Below, one piece after another: positions 30,770 through 43,952 of a stretch of DNA of 64,000 nucleotides. The translations under genes and the position numbers were made by a program. Below the pieces are notes generated by a model. It saw nothing but the letters and a program-made list of their open reading frames with translations. It made no database searches and was not told where the DNA came from. Within the stretch, counting starts at the first letter, position 1; each line of letters opens with the position of its first letter. Source of the stretch: an uncultured Actinomycetes bacterium (GTDB taxonomy: Bacteria; Actinomycetota; Actinomycetes; Mycobacteriales; Jatrophihabitantaceae); the NCBI GenBank assembly GCA_963708805.1, contig CAVPUA010000003.1:750455-814454 (forward strand), in the 5' to 3' direction.

Positions 30770-31923
30770 ATGTTCGGTTATCACGTCCCGGCCCCGGATG
30801 AGGCGATGCTGATCTCGGGCGGCAAGAGTGCGAAGAACTCGGCCGACACCCCGTTCCGCGTCGTCACCGGGCACGGCGCCTTCGTCCTGCCGTTCTTCCG
30901 CAAGGTGCGGTTCCTGACCCTGTCGATGGCCGAGGCCGAGGTCGAGGAGCGCTGCGTCACCAAGCAGGGCATCACCCTGAACGTCCGGGCCGTCATCGCC
31001 TTCAAGGTCGGCAACGACGCCGAGAGCATCGTCAACGCCGGCCAGCGCTTCCTGTCCGACCAGAACCAGATGTCGGTGCTGACCGGCCGGATCTTCGCCG
31101 GCCACCTGCGCTCGATCATCGGCTCGATGACGGTCGAAGAGATCGTCACCGAGCGGCAGAAGCTGGCCACCGAGGTCCTCGACGGTTCGAAGGAGGAGAT
31201 GGTCAAGATCGGCCTGATCGTCGACGCTCTGCAGATCCAGTCGATCGACGACGGCGACCTCGGCTACATCGCCAACATGGCCGCTGCCGCACAACGCCGC
31301 GATCCAGCGCCAGGCTCAGATCTCGCAGTCGCAGGCCCGCCAGCAGTCGGCCGAGGCCGAGCAGGAGTCCTTGCGCAAGCAGGCCGAGTACGCCCGGCGA
31401 GACGGCGATCGTCCAGGCGCAGTACAAGGCCGAGGTCGACCAGGCCCAGGCAGACGGCGGCCCAGGCCGGCCCGCTCGCCGCCGCCCAGGCCCAGCAGGC
31501 GGTGCTGGCCGAGCAGGCGCTCGTCGCCCAGAAGAACGCCGACCTGCGCCAGCAGCAGCTGGTCGCCGAGGTCATCAAGCCGGCCGAGGCCGAGGCCGAG
31601 CGGGTCCGCGTGCTGGCCAAGGCCGACGCCGAGCGCATCCGGATCCAGGCCGAGGCGGCCGCGTCGCACAACCGGGTGGCGCTCGACCGGATGCTCATCG
31701 ACCAGCTGCCGCAGATCGTGCGCGAGGCCTCGGCCGGGCTGCAGGGCGCGAACGTCAACATCCTCAACGGCGCTACCGGACTCGGCGAGATGGCGGCCAG
31801 CCTGGTCGGGCAGGGGCTGACGATCTTCGAGTCGATCCGCGGCAACCTGGGCCAGCCGGACGAGGACATCCCCGACGAGCCCGAGCACCCCGCGCTGGGC
31901 AGCGGCGCCCGGCGGAGGCCTGA
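30770..31923 (+). pseudogene. flotillin / SPFH (band 7) family protein, at least 3-4 frame breaks; 3' end approximate
   Basis: The N-terminal SPFH domain ([18 protein letters not shown]...) is followed by an Ala/Gln-rich coiled coil readable in three frames between 31285 and 31455. The probable end is AEA-TGA (31921-31923), out of frame with the N-terminus. Confidence 0.7.
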
Positions 31924-31996
31924 GCGGGTCGGCATATCGGCTCGTCCGGGCCGGTATCCTGGAGCCTCCGCGTTGGTTGGTGAAGGGATCAGGTCA

Positions 31997-34272
<2,276 letters not shown>

Positions 34273-34377
34273 GCTGGTCCGTGGACGGATGTGGCCACCA
34301 TCTGGCCATATCCGTCCAAGCGCGTCGCTGTGGACAACTCTCGGCATGGCTGGGCGCACTTCCGGCAGCCTTCGTGA

Positions 34378-35262
34378 ATGACCTGGCGCGAGATCTCAGC
34401 CGCGCAAGGGGGCGTGATCACCCGCCGGCAGTTGCGCGATTCGACCTGCAGCGACCGGACGATCTCGCGCATGATCCAGCGGGGTGCGCTGCAACGGATC
34501 ACTCGCGGCGGCGTCTACCTGGTCGGCGGAACGCCGTGGTCGGCCGCGGCCCGAACCTGGGCCGGTGTGCTGATGACGGACGGCGTCCTCGGCTTCACAT
34601 CGGCCGCTGTGCTCTGGGGCATGGAGGTGGAGGCGCCGCCGTTCGTGCAGGTGATCGTGCCTACTTCTCGCCGACCGCGGCCCCCGGATTGGGTGCGCGT
34701 TCACCGGTCGTTCGTGCCCTCGTCCGAGGTCGTGCGGCGCGATGGATTGCCGGTCACTTCGCGCGCCCGTACCGCGATCGATCTCATCGGTCATCTGCCA
34801 CGTCGCGACGCGATCCGCTTTGCTGATCGGGCGTTGCAGCGGTCGTGGGTCACCCGAAACCAGCTCGAGCGCCGGTTGGTCGACGAGTCCTTCAAACCGG
34901 GAAACCGCAACCTCCGGACCGTCCTGCATGCGTCGTCGGCCGCGGCGGCCTCCGAGGCGGAGCGGCGCCTACATCAGCTGCTCAGGCGTGCGCGTCTGGT
35001 CGGCTGGGCGGCCAATCACCCAGTGCGAGACGGCTCGCGCGTCGTCGCCGTCATCGACGTGGCGTTCGAGCAGTTGCGGCTGGCCATCGAGGTCGACGGC
35101 TGGGCGTTTCACAGTGACGTGGATCGATTCCGGCGCGACCGACAGCGCCAGAACGATCTCGTCGCGCTGGGCTGGACCGTCCTGCGCTTCACGTGGGCCG
35201 ACCTGAGTGAGCGCCCCGACTATGTGATCGCGCAGATCCGCCACGCGCTTGGACGAACGTAG
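34378..35262 (+). CDS. DUF559 (endonuclease-like) domain protein
   Basis: Intact 294 aa. The C-terminal IEVDGWAFHSD...DRQRQNDLVALGWTVLRFTW is the DUF559/Vsr-like fold signature common in actinobacteria. Confidence 0.65.
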   Translation: MTWREISAAQGGVITRRQLRDSTCSDRTISRMIQRGALQRITRGGVYLVGGTPWSAAARTWAGVLMTDGVLGFTSAAVLWGMEVEAPPFVQVIVPTSRRPRPPDWVRVHRSFVPSSEVVRRDGLPVTSRARTAIDLIGHLPRRDAIRFADRALQRSWVTRNQLERRLVDESFKPGNRNLRTVLHASSAAAASEAERRLHQLLRRARLVGWAANHPVRDGSRVVAVIDVAFEQLRLAIEVDGWAFHSDVDRFRRDRQRQNDLVALGWTVLRFTWADLSERPDYVIAQIRHALGRT

Positions 35263-35290
35263 CCACGGTGTGGCCAGATTCGTCCAGCAG

Positions 35291-35824
35291 CTAGGGGACG
35301 GGAGCGTTCCACTCGAACGGAACCATGTCGCGCAGCACTCGGCGGCGCTGGTTGCGGGGCAGGTGGTCGATGTAGAGGATGCCCTGCAGATGTTCGGTCT
35401 CGTGCACCAGGCAGCGGGCGAAGAATCCGGTTCCGGTGACCTCGATCGCCCGCCCGGTCTTGTCGACGCCGCGGACGGTCACCACCGACGGTCGCGACAG
35501 GGAGTGGTAGGGCCCCGGCACCGACAGGCAGCCCTCGTCGCCGGCGTCGACGGTGCCTCCGGTGGCCACGATCTGCGGATTGACGACGTGCCCGACGTGT
35601 TTGCGACCCGCGGCGTCGAAGCAGTCGTAGACGAACACGGCCCGGTCGTCGCCGACCTGCGTCGCGGCGAGCCCGACACCTTCGGCCACGTACATCGAGG
35701 CGAACATGTCGTCGATCAGCGTCGCGAGCTCGTCATCGAACGCCTCGACCGGGCGGGTCTTCGCGTGCAGCACGGGATCGCCGACGACGCGGATCTTGCG
35801 GGGAGTTCCTGCCACGGCGGGCAA
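35291..35824 (-). CDS. def: peptide deformylase
   Basis: Intact 177 aa with GVGLAATQVG, EGCLSVPG and HETEHLQG metal-site motifs. Confidence 0.9.
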   Translation of the reverse strand: MPAVAGTPRKIRVVGDPVLHAKTRPVEAFDDELATLIDDMFASMYVAEGVGLAATQVGDDRAVFVYDCFDAAGRKHVGHVVNPQIVATGGTVDAGDEGCLSVPGPYHSLSRPSVVTVRGVDKTGRAIEVTGTGFFARCLVHETEHLQGILYIDHLPRNQRRRVLRDMVPFEWNAPVP

Positions 35825-35867
35825 GTTTACCGGCGCCGCCGCCGGCCTCTCGACTCGTCACGACTCA

Positions 35868-37739
35868 GCCGCGTTCAGCACCGGTCGCAGCGCGTCGAGC
35901 ACAGCCGGGTCCTCGATCGTCGACGGGACGGTCGGCTCACGTCCATCGGCGATCTCGCGCATGGTCTTGCGCAGGATCTTGCCCGAGCGGGTCTTGGGCA
36001 GCCCGTTCACGATCGAGACGTCGCGAAACGCCGCGACCGGGCCGATCTCGCGGCGGACGGCGGCGACCAGCTCGCTCTGCAGGGTCGATCTCGTCGATGT
36101 CGGCGCCGAGCTTGAGCACCACGAGCGCGCGGGGCAGCTGTCCCTTGAGCGGGTCGGCGACGCCGATCACCGCGCACTCGGCTACCGCGGGATGGGCGGC
36201 GACGACCGCCTCGATCGAGCCGGTCGACAGGCGGTGTCCGGCCACGTTGATCACGTCGTCGGTGCGTCCCATGACGAACAGGTAGCCGTCCTCGTCGAAG
36301 TAGCCGCCGTCGCCGCTGAGGTAGAAGCCGGGGTATCGGTGCAGGTACGAGCTCTCGAACCACTCGTCGTCGCCCCACAGGGTGAGCAGCGTTCCGGGCG
36401 GCAGCGGCAGCTGTGATCGCGATCGCGCCGTCGGCACCCGGCGGCCGAGGTGCCGCCGGCGTCGTCGAGCACCTGGACGTCGTAGCCGGGCATCGGCACG
36501 GTCGGCGAGCCGGCCTTGATCGGCAGTGACTCGAGTCCGCGCGGGTTGGCGCAGATCGCCCAGCCGGTCTCGGTCTGCCACCAGTGATCGACGACCGGCA
36601 CGTCGCAGCAGGTCCGACGCCCAGTGGAACGTCTCGGGGTCGAGGCGCTCACCGGCCAGGAACAGCGTCCGCAGGCTCGAGGTCGGTCGACGACCAGCTC
36701 GCCCTGCGGGTCGAGCCGCTTGATCGCGCGCAGCGCGGTGGGAGCGGTGAACAGCGCCTTGACCCCGTGCTCGGCGACCACCCGCCAGAACGCACCCGCG
36801 TCGGGCGTGCCGACCGGCTTGCCCTCGTAGAGGACCGTCGTCGCGCCGGCGAGCAGCGGCGCGTAGACGATGTAGGAGTGCCCGACGACCCAGCCGATGT
36901 CCGAGGCCGTCCAGAACACGTCGTCGGGGCCGATGTCGTAGATGTTGCGCAGCGACCACAGCAGCGCCACCGCGTGCCCACCGTTGTCGCGCACGACGCC
37001 CTTCGGACGGCCGGTCGTCCCGGACGTGTAGAGGATGTAGAGCGGATCGGTCGCCGCGACCGGCAACGCAGTCGGCCGGTTCGGCGGCGGCCATCGCATC
37101 GCGCCAGTCGAGATCGCGCGGGCCCAGCTCGGCGGTCAGCTCCGGCCGCTGGAAGACGATCACCCGCCGCGGCTGATGCGTCGGTGATCGCCAGCGCCTC
37201 GTCGACGATCGGCTTGTAGGCGATCACCCGGCCCGGTTCGATGCCGCACGACGCGATCACCAGCACGGCCGGCCGGGCGTCCTCGATGCGGCTGGCCAGC
37301 TCCGGCGCGGCGAACCCACCGAACACGACCGAGTGGATCGCGCCGAGACGGGCACAGGCGAGCATCGCGATGATCGCCTCGGGAATCATCGGCATGTAGA
37401 TGATCACGCGGTCGCCGGGCTCGACGCCCTCGTTGCGCAGGGCACCGGCGAAGCGCTCGACCGCGGCCAGCAGCTCGGCGTAGGTCAGTGTGCGTGACGC
37501 CGGTGTAAGCGCTGTGATGGATCAACGCCCGATGATCACCGCGTCCGGCCTCGACGTGCCGGTCGAGTGCGTTGTAGGCGGTGTTCAGCCGGCCGTCCGG
37601 GAACCAGCGGTACAGCGGCGCGCGCGAGGGGTCCAGTGCGCGCGTCGGCTTGCGTCTCCCAATCGACCAGTTCGGCCGCCTCGAGCCAGAAGCCCTCGGG
37701 GTCGTCGAGGCTGCGCCGGAACGCCTCGCGATAGGTCAC
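35868..37739 (-). pseudogene. propionyl/acetyl-CoA synthetase-like (PrpE/Acs family) AMP-forming ligase, about 9 frame breaks
   Basis: Starts VTYREAFRRSLDDPEGFW (its GTG overlaps the upstream stop). YILYTSGTTGRPKG, WQTETG, YLSGDGGYFDEDGYLFVMGRTDDVINVAGHRLS and LPKTRSGKILR are readable only across ORFs 37536.., 37160.., 36649.., 36251.. and 35937... The stop is TGA 35868-35870. Confidence 0.8.
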
Positions 37740-39413
37740 GTCACGACCTCGGCGAAGTGCTCGGCGAACTGCTCCCGCAGCTTGAACTTCAGCACCTTGC
37801 CGCCCACGGTCTCGGGCAGGTTGTCGACGAACACGACGTCCTTCGGGCGTCTCGTAGCCGGCCAGTGACGCGCGGCAGTACGCGATCAGGTCGGCGGCGC
37901 TGGTCTCGTCGCCGTCGCGGCGGATCACGACCGCGGTCACGGCTTCGCCCCAGTACGAGTGCGGCAGGCCGATCACCACGGCCTTCTCGACGGCGGGGTG
38001 CAGGCCGAGCACGGCCTCGACGCGCAGGCTCGACACGTTCTCGCCGCCGGTCTTCACGATGTCCTTGTACCGATCGAGCATCACCCGCAGCCCGTCGTCG
38101 TCGTAGGCGCAGCTGTCGCCGGAGTGGAACCAGCCGAAGCGGAAGGCCTGTCGCGTCGCTGGTTCGTCGCGGTAGTAGCCCGACATCATCGACGGCGAGC
38201 GGTAGACGGCCTCACCGGCGACCCCCGGCGAGTCGATCAGGTCCTCGCCGAACGGATCGAGCACGGTCGAGGCGAGCAGCGGGCTCGGCACGCCGACGTA
38301 GTTCTGCTTGGGTGCGGTGCGCGCGTACAACTCGGGCCACCTGTCGGGCCAGAAGCGGTGGCAGGCGATCGACTCGGTCTGCCCGAAGATCTCGAACACC
38401 AAGAGATCCTCGCCGCAGTGCTGCTTCATCGAGGCCAGCACGGGCGGCGGCAGCGCGGCCCAGCCGTAGACGATCACCCCGAGACTGTGGGCGTCGAGTT
38501 CGGCCCGTTGGGTGAGGACGGCGTCGACGCCGGCCACCATTGCCGGCGCGCCCGCCCACCAGGCCGTGACCTTCTCGGCGTCGATCATCTCCGCGATGCC
38601 GGTGGCGTCGGGGCGGCGGCCGAGCACCAGCGTCCCGCCCGACAGGAACACCGAGTAGGTGAACGGCTGGTCGCCGACGTGATAGATCATCGGCAGGAAG
38701 GTGCCGACCCGCAGGTCGGCCTCGAGCTTCAGACCCCGCGTCAAGGACAGGGCGAAGCCGTACGCCGCCATGTAGCTGCAGGTGTGCGAGATCATCACGC
38801 CCTTGGGCATGGCGGTGGTGCCGGACGTGAAGAGGATCTCCCAGATGTCGTCGCCGTGGATCTCGACGTCGGGCTCGGTCGTCGGCTGATCGCGGACGAA
38901 GTCGGTGAACGAGGCGCTGCCGGGCACCGGGCCGCCACCGATCGTGATCGTCACCGCCACCTCGAGCCCGGTCGTGCCGAACGGACCTTCGGCGCGCGGC
39001 CACAGCTCGGCGTCGACGACGGCCAGCTTGGGCTCGACGAGTTCGATCATGGCCTGGACGAGGTCAGGCGCCATCATCGGATTGATCGGCGCGCAGACGA
39101 GCCCCGCCTTGGCCGCCCCCAGCTTGGTCAGGAATCCCTCGACCGAGTTCTCGCAGAACAGGAGCACCACGTCGCCGTGCTGCAGGCCGCGGGCGAGCAA
39201 CGCGTGTGCGATCTGGTTCGCGAGGTGGTCGGCTTCGCGGTAGGTCAGCCGGCGAAAACGCGGATCCCCGTACGCACCCTCGCGGGCCACGAACGCCTCT
39301 TTGTCGGGGAAGCTCCACGTCATCCGCTCGAGCAGGTCGCCGACGCTGGTGCGCTCCCACCGGTGGACGGCTCGGCGGTGGTGCAAGCTGGTGACATCGA
39401 GTTCGGCGTCCAT
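37736..39413 (-). pseudogene. fatty-acyl-CoA synthetase (FadD-like AMP-binding enzyme), one frame break near 37850
   Basis: I chose the start at MDAELDV (ATG 39413). ILFTSGTTAMPKG, GQTES and GWFHSGDSCAYDDDG are present. The C-terminus KDVVFVDNLPETVGGKVLKFKLRE...EVVT is in another frame with its stop at 37736-37738. Confidence 0.8.
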
Positions 39414-39458
39414 GGGCCTCGCACGTCCTCTCTGACAGTGCCGGCGGTCCGGCCGAAC

Positions 39459-39478
39459 TAGTGACCGGCCATTCACTA
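39459..39478. promoter_or_regulatory. inverted repeat TAGTGA-N8-TCACTA in divergent intergenic region (candidate operator)
   Basis: Perfect 6-bp arms sit in the 188-bp gap between the divergent fadD-like and carboxyltransferase genes. A TetR gene lies in the same cluster. Confidence 0.25.
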
Positions 39479-39601
39479 TGCCGCACACTTTAGGCACCAG
39501 GGAGCCCGCTGGAAAGGGCTGAGGCCGATGAGTAGCCAAAGAAGTGAATAGCGGTTAACGTCTGGACGTCGAGTGAGTCAACGCCACCCGAGGAGGCGCG
39601 C

Positions 39602-41200
39602 GTGTCCGTCCTGCGATCGTCGGTGGACACCTCCAGCGAGACCTACCGGGCCAACCGCGCCGGCCAGCTGGCCGCCATCGCCGCCCTCGACGAGCAACTG
39701 GAACTGGCCCGGGCCGGCGGCGGCGCTCAGTACGCCCAGCGCCACCGGGATCGCGGGAAGCTCTTGGCCCGTGAGCGGATCGAGCTACTCGTCGATCGCG
39801 ACTCGCCGCTGCTGGAGTTGTCGACGCTGGCCGCCTGGGGCACGGAGTTCACGGTCGGCGCGAGCATCGTCACCTGCATCGGAGTCGTGTCCGGCGTCGA
39901 GTGTGTGCTGGTCGCCCACGACCCGACGGTGCGGGGCGGCGCGATGAATCCCTACACGCTGCGCAAGTCGCTGCGCGCGCTCGAGATCGCGCGGCGCAAC
40001 CGGCTGCCGGTGATCAACCTCGTCGAGTCGGGCGGCGCCGATCTGCCGACGCAGTCGGATCTCTTCGTCCCGGCCGGCAAGATCTTTCACGACTTGACCG
40101 AGCTGTCGGCGATGGGCATCCCGACCATCGCGCTCGTGTTCGGCAACTCGACCGCGGGCGGGGCGTACGTCCCTGGCATGTGCGACTACTCGGTGCTCGT
40201 CGACCGGCAGGCCAAGGTCTTCCTCGGCGGCCCGCCGCTGGTGAAGATGGCCACCGGCGAGGAGTCCGACGACGAGTCGTTGGGCGGTGCTGACATGCAC
40301 TCGCGGATCTCGGGGGTGTCGGACTACTTCGCGGTCGACGAGCTCGACTGCATCCGCATCGGGCGCGAGATCCTCGAGACGGTCCGCTGGCGCAAGCTCG
40401 GGCCGGCGCCGAGCCTGCCCGCCGACGAGCCGCTCTACGACCCGGACGAGCTGCTCGGCATCACCTCGGCCGACTTCCGCGTGCCCTTCGATCCGCACGA
40501 GGTCCTGGCCCGGGTCGTGGACGGTTCGCGCTTCTCGGAATACAAGACGCGCTACGGCACGAGCCTGGTGACGGGGTGGGCATCGATCCACGGGTTCCCG
40601 GTCGGCGTGCTCGCCAACGCGCGCGGCGTCCTGTTCAGCGAGGAGGCGAAGAAGGCCAGCGAGTTCATCCTGCTGGCCAACCAGAGCGACACGCCGTTGG
40701 TCTTCCTGCAGAACACCACGGGCTACATGGTCGGCGCCGAATACGAACAGGGCGGCATCATCAAGGACGGCGCGAAGATGATCAACGCCGTGACCAACTC
40801 GGCCGTCCCGCACATCACCATGAACCTGGCCGCCTCCTTCGGCGCGGGTAACTACGGCATGTCCGGCCGTGCGTACGACCCTCGGTTCATGTTCGCCTGG
40901 GCCAACGCGAAGCTGGCGGTCATGGGAGCGGCCCAGCTGGCCGGCGTGATGTCGATCGTCGCCAAGCAATCGGCCGAGTCGAGCGGTCGCCCCTTCGACG
41001 CCGACGCCGACGAGCAGCGACGCCAGGCGATCCAGGCCCAGATCGAGCGGGAGTCGGACTCGTTCTTCGTGAGTGCCCGTCTCTACGACGACGGCGTGAT
41101 CGATCCTCGCGACACCCGTTCGGTGCTGGGGATGTCGTTGTCGGCCGCGCATTCCGCACCGGTCGAGGGGCGCCGCGGCTTCGGCGTCTTCCGGATGTAG
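39602..41200 (+). CDS. acyl-CoA carboxylase carboxyltransferase (beta) subunit, MccB/AtuC/AccD1-like
   Basis: Intact 532 aa. VAHDPTVRGGAM, NLVESGGADLPTQ, GNSTAGGAYVPGM and FLGGPPLVKMATGE match the methylcrotonyl/geranyl-CoA carboxylase beta pattern. Confidence 0.85.
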   Translation: MSVLRSSVDTSSETYRANRAGQLAAIAALDEQLELARAGGGAQYAQRHRDRGKLLARERIELLVDRDSPLLELSTLAAWGTEFTVGASIVTCIGVVSGVECVLVAHDPTVRGGAMNPYTLRKSLRALEIARRNRLPVINLVESGGADLPTQSDLFVPAGKIFHDLTELSAMGIPTIALVFGNSTAGGAYVPGMCDYSVLVDRQAKVFLGGPPLVKMATGEESDDESLGGADMHSRISGVSDYFAVDELDCIRIGREILETVRWRKLGPAPSLPADEPLYDPDELLGITSADFRVPFDPHEVLARVVDGSRFSEYKTRYGTSLVTGWASIHGFPVGVLANARGVLFSEEAKKASEFILLANQSDTPLVFLQNTTGYMVGAEYEQGGIIKDGAKMINAVTNSAVPHITMNLAASFGAGNYGMSGRAYDPRFMFAWANAKLAVMGAAQLAGVMSIVAKQSAESSGRPFDADADEQRRQAIQAQIERESDSFFVSARLYDDGVIDPRDTRSVLGMSLSAAHSAPVEGRRGFGVFRM

Positions 41201-41208
41201 GGGACGCG

Positions 41209-43191
41209 ATGACCGAGTTCACCACGCAGATCACCAAGCTGCTCGTCGCCAACCGCGGCGAGATCGCCTCGCGGGTCTTCCGCACGGCCCGGGCGATGGA
41301 CATCGCGACCGTCGCCGTGTTCTCCGACCCCGACGCGGGGCTGCCGTTCGTGACCGATGCCGACGAGGCGGTCCGGCTGCCGGGCTCGACGCCGGCCGAG
41401 ACCTACCTGCGCATCGACGCGATCCTGGCCGCCGCGGCGGCAACCGGCGCGGACGCGGTCCATCCCGGTTACGGCTTCCTGTCCGAGAACGCCGAGTTCG
41501 CCCGCGCCTGCGCCAAGGCCGGATTGATCTTCGTCGGCCCGACGCCGGAGGCGATCGAGGCGATGGGCTCGAAGATCGCCGCCAAGCGGCTGATGGCCGA
41601 GGCCGGCGTCCCCGTGCTCCCGGGGGCCGTCTTCGAGGACGAGCCCGACGCGGACGCGTTGGTCGAGGCGGCCGATGCCGTCGGGTACCCCGCGCTCGTC
41701 AAGGCGGCCTTCGGCGGTGGTGGTCGCGGGATGCGCATCGTCGCCGGTCCCGAAGCGATCGTCGAAGCGGTGGCCGGAGCCCGGCGCGAGGCCGCGTCGG
41801 CGTTCGGCAACGGCACGGTCTTCCTCGAACGGTTCGTCGAGTCCCCGCGGCACATCGAGGTGCAGATCATGGGCGACCAGCACGGGACGGTCGTCCACCT
41901 CTTCGAGCGTGAGTGCTCGATCCAGCGGCGCTACCAGAAGATCATCGAGGAGGCGCCGTCGCCGGCCGTCGATGATCGGCTCCGCGCCGAGCTGTGCCAG
42001 GCGGCCGTGGCGGCGGGCCGGGCCATCGGCTACGTCGGTGCCGGAACGGTCGAGTTCGTCCTCGACGCGTCGGGCCGGTTCTACTTCCTCGAGGTCAACA
42101 CCCGACTGCAGGTCGAGCACCCGGTCACCGAACTGATCACCGGGCTCGACCTGGTACGGCTGCAGCTCGACGTCGCCTCGGGCCGCCCGCTACCGCCCGA
42201 GGTCACCGGCGCGACGTTCTCGGGGCACGCGATCGAGGCGCGGCTCTACGCCGAGGACGTCCCCGGTGGCTACCTGCCGACCAGCGGCGACGTGATCACC
42301 TTCGACATCGAGGCCGCCGACGGCCTGCGCGTCGACGCCGGCTTCGCGTCGGGAACCCGGGTGAGCACGTTCTATGACTCGATGCTGGCCAAGGTCATCG
42401 GCTTCGGCCCCACCCGCGACGACGCCCGGCGCGTCCTGGCCGGGGCGCTGGACCGGGCTCGCCTGCACGGCGTGGTGACCAACCGCGACCTGCTCGTCGA
42501 GGTGCTGCGCGAGGCCGAGTTCGGTGAGGGACGCATCGACACCGGCTATCTCGAACGACATCCGTTCGCCGGTGGCGGCGACGCGAACGACGTTCACGTG
42601 CTGGCCGTCGCCCTGTCCGGCCAGGCCGAACGGCGACTGGTCGCGCCGGTGCTCTCGACGCTGCCCTCGGGGTGGCGCAACAACCCGAGCGGCCCGCAGC
42701 GCGCGAGCTACGACATCGCGGGCCGGACGGTCGAGGCGAGCTACCGGCTGATCGGCGACCGGGTCTCGGCCGCGGTCGACGGGCGTGAGCTCGAGGCGAC
42801 CGTACGGGCCGCGGCGGCCGATCGAGTCGATCTCGAGGTCGACGGGGTGCGCCGCGTGATCGAGGTGCGCCACGTGGGCAGCACGTTCTACGTCGACAGC
42901 TCGCTCGGGCACGACACCCTCGTCGAGGCCGAGCGCTTCCCCGACCCGTCGGCCGTGGCCCATGCCGGGTCGCTGCTGGCGCCGATGCCCGGGACCGTCG
43001 TCCGCGTCGACGTCGCGGTCGGCGACCACGTCGAGGCGGGTGCGGCTCTCCTGGCCATCGAGGCGATGAAGATGGAGCACTCGATCTTCGCGCCGACCCG
43101 GGGCATCGTCACCGAACTGCCGATCGCCGTCGGCGCCCAGGTCGACAGCGGCTCGGTGCTCGCGGTGCTCGAAGAGGAGGAGTCGCAATGA
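41209..43191 (+). CDS. acyl-CoA carboxylase alpha subunit (biotin carboxylase + BCCP domain)
   Basis: Intact 660 aa with an ATP-grasp biotin carboxylase (HPGYGFLSEN, EVNTRLQVEHPVTE) and a C-terminal LAIEAMKMEH biotinylation motif. Confidence 0.9.
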   Translation: MTEFTTQITKLLVANRGEIASRVFRTARAMDIATVAVFSDPDAGLPFVTDADEAVRLPGSTPAETYLRIDAILAAAAATGADAVHPGYGFLSENAEFARACAKAGLIFVGPTPEAIEAMGSKIAAKRLMAEAGVPVLPGAVFEDEPDADALVEAADAVGYPALVKAAFGGGGRGMRIVAGPEAIVEAVAGARREAASAFGNGTVFLERFVESPRHIEVQIMGDQHGTVVHLFERECSIQRRYQKIIEEAPSPAVDDRLRAELCQAAVAAGRAIGYVGAGTVEFVLDASGRFYFLEVNTRLQVEHPVTELITGLDLVRLQLDVASGRPLPPEVTGATFSGHAIEARLYAEDVPGGYLPTSGDVITFDIEAADGLRVDAGFASGTRVSTFYDSMLAKVIGFGPTRDDARRVLAGALDRARLHGVVTNRDLLVEVLREAEFGEGRIDTGYLERHPFAGGGDANDVHVLAVALSGQAERRLVAPVLSTLPSGWRNNPSGPQRASYDIAGRTVEASYRLIGDRVSAAVDGRELEATVRAAAADRVDLEVDGVRRVIEVRHVGSTFYVDSSLGHDTLVEAERFPDPSAVAHAGSLLAPMPGTVVRVDVAVGDHVEAGAALLAIEAMKMEHSIFAPTRGIVTELPIAVGAQVDSGSVLAVLEEEESQ

Positions 43192-43952
43192 CCGAACCCG
43201 TCCAGTACGACGTGGTCAACGGGGTCGCGTGGTTGACGATCAACCGCCCTGAGGCCCGCAACGCGCTCAGCCTGGCCGTCCGGGACGGCCTGTTCACCGG
43301 GGTGCGCCGCTTCAACGCCGACGACGAGGCGAAGGTGCTGGTACTGACCGGGGCCGGAGACCGGGCCTTCTGTGCCGGTGGTGACCTGAAGGAGATGGCC
43401 GACACCACGTTGCGGGTGCCGCCGATCGACTTCGTCCCGCAGTTCGGCCGCAACATCGAGGTCGAGAAGCCGACGATCGCCGCTGTCAACGGGATCGCCT
43501 ACGGCGGCGGGTTCCTGCTCGCCCAGGACTGCGATCTGTGCGTGGCCGGCGAATCGGCCCGTTTCGCGATCAGCGAGGTCAAGGTCGGGCGGGGTTCGCC
43601 GTGGGCGGCTCCGCTCTCGTGGCTGGTGCCGCCCCGCATCGCCATGGAGATCCTGCTGACCGGAGACCCGCTCACCGCCCAGCGGGCGTACGAGGTCGGC
43701 CTCGTCAACCGGGTGGTGCCCGACGCCGATCTGCGCGACACCGTCCAGGCGCTGGCCGAACGGATCGCCACCAACGCGCCGTTGTCGGTCCGCGCCGCCA
43801 AGCGGACGGCCTACCTGTCGGCCCACTTCGAGCTGACCGACGCCTACGACGAGGCCGAACGGATCTGGGAGCCGGTGTATCTCAGCGCCGACGCCCAGGA
43901 GGGCCCGGCCGCGTTCCGCGACAAACGCACGCCCGTCTGGACGGGCCGCTGA
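43188..43952 (+). CDS. enoyl-CoA hydratase/isomerase family protein
   Basis: Intact 254 aa with the crotonase signature FCAGGDLKE. Overlaps the upstream stop by 4 nt. Confidence 0.85.
   Translation: MTEPVQYDVVNGVAWLTINRPEARNALSLAVRDGLFTGVRRFNADDEAKVLVLTGAGDRAFCAGGDLKEMADTTLRVPPIDFVPQFGRNIEVEKPTIAAVNGIAYGGGFLLAQDCDLCVAGESARFAISEVKVGRGSPWAAPLSWLVPPRIAMEILLTGDPLTAQRAYEVGLVNRVVPDADLRDTVQALAERIATNAPLSVRAAKRTAYLSAHFELTDAYDEAERIWEPVYLSADAQEGPAAFRDKRTPVWTGR

Noticed and set aside
37536-39539. 667-aa ORF suggesting one giant acyl-CoA synthetase.
   Set aside because: It joins the FadD-like gene (frame-shifted C-terminus, real stop at 37736-37738) to the first ~40 codons of the PrpE-like gene, whose GTG overlaps that stop.
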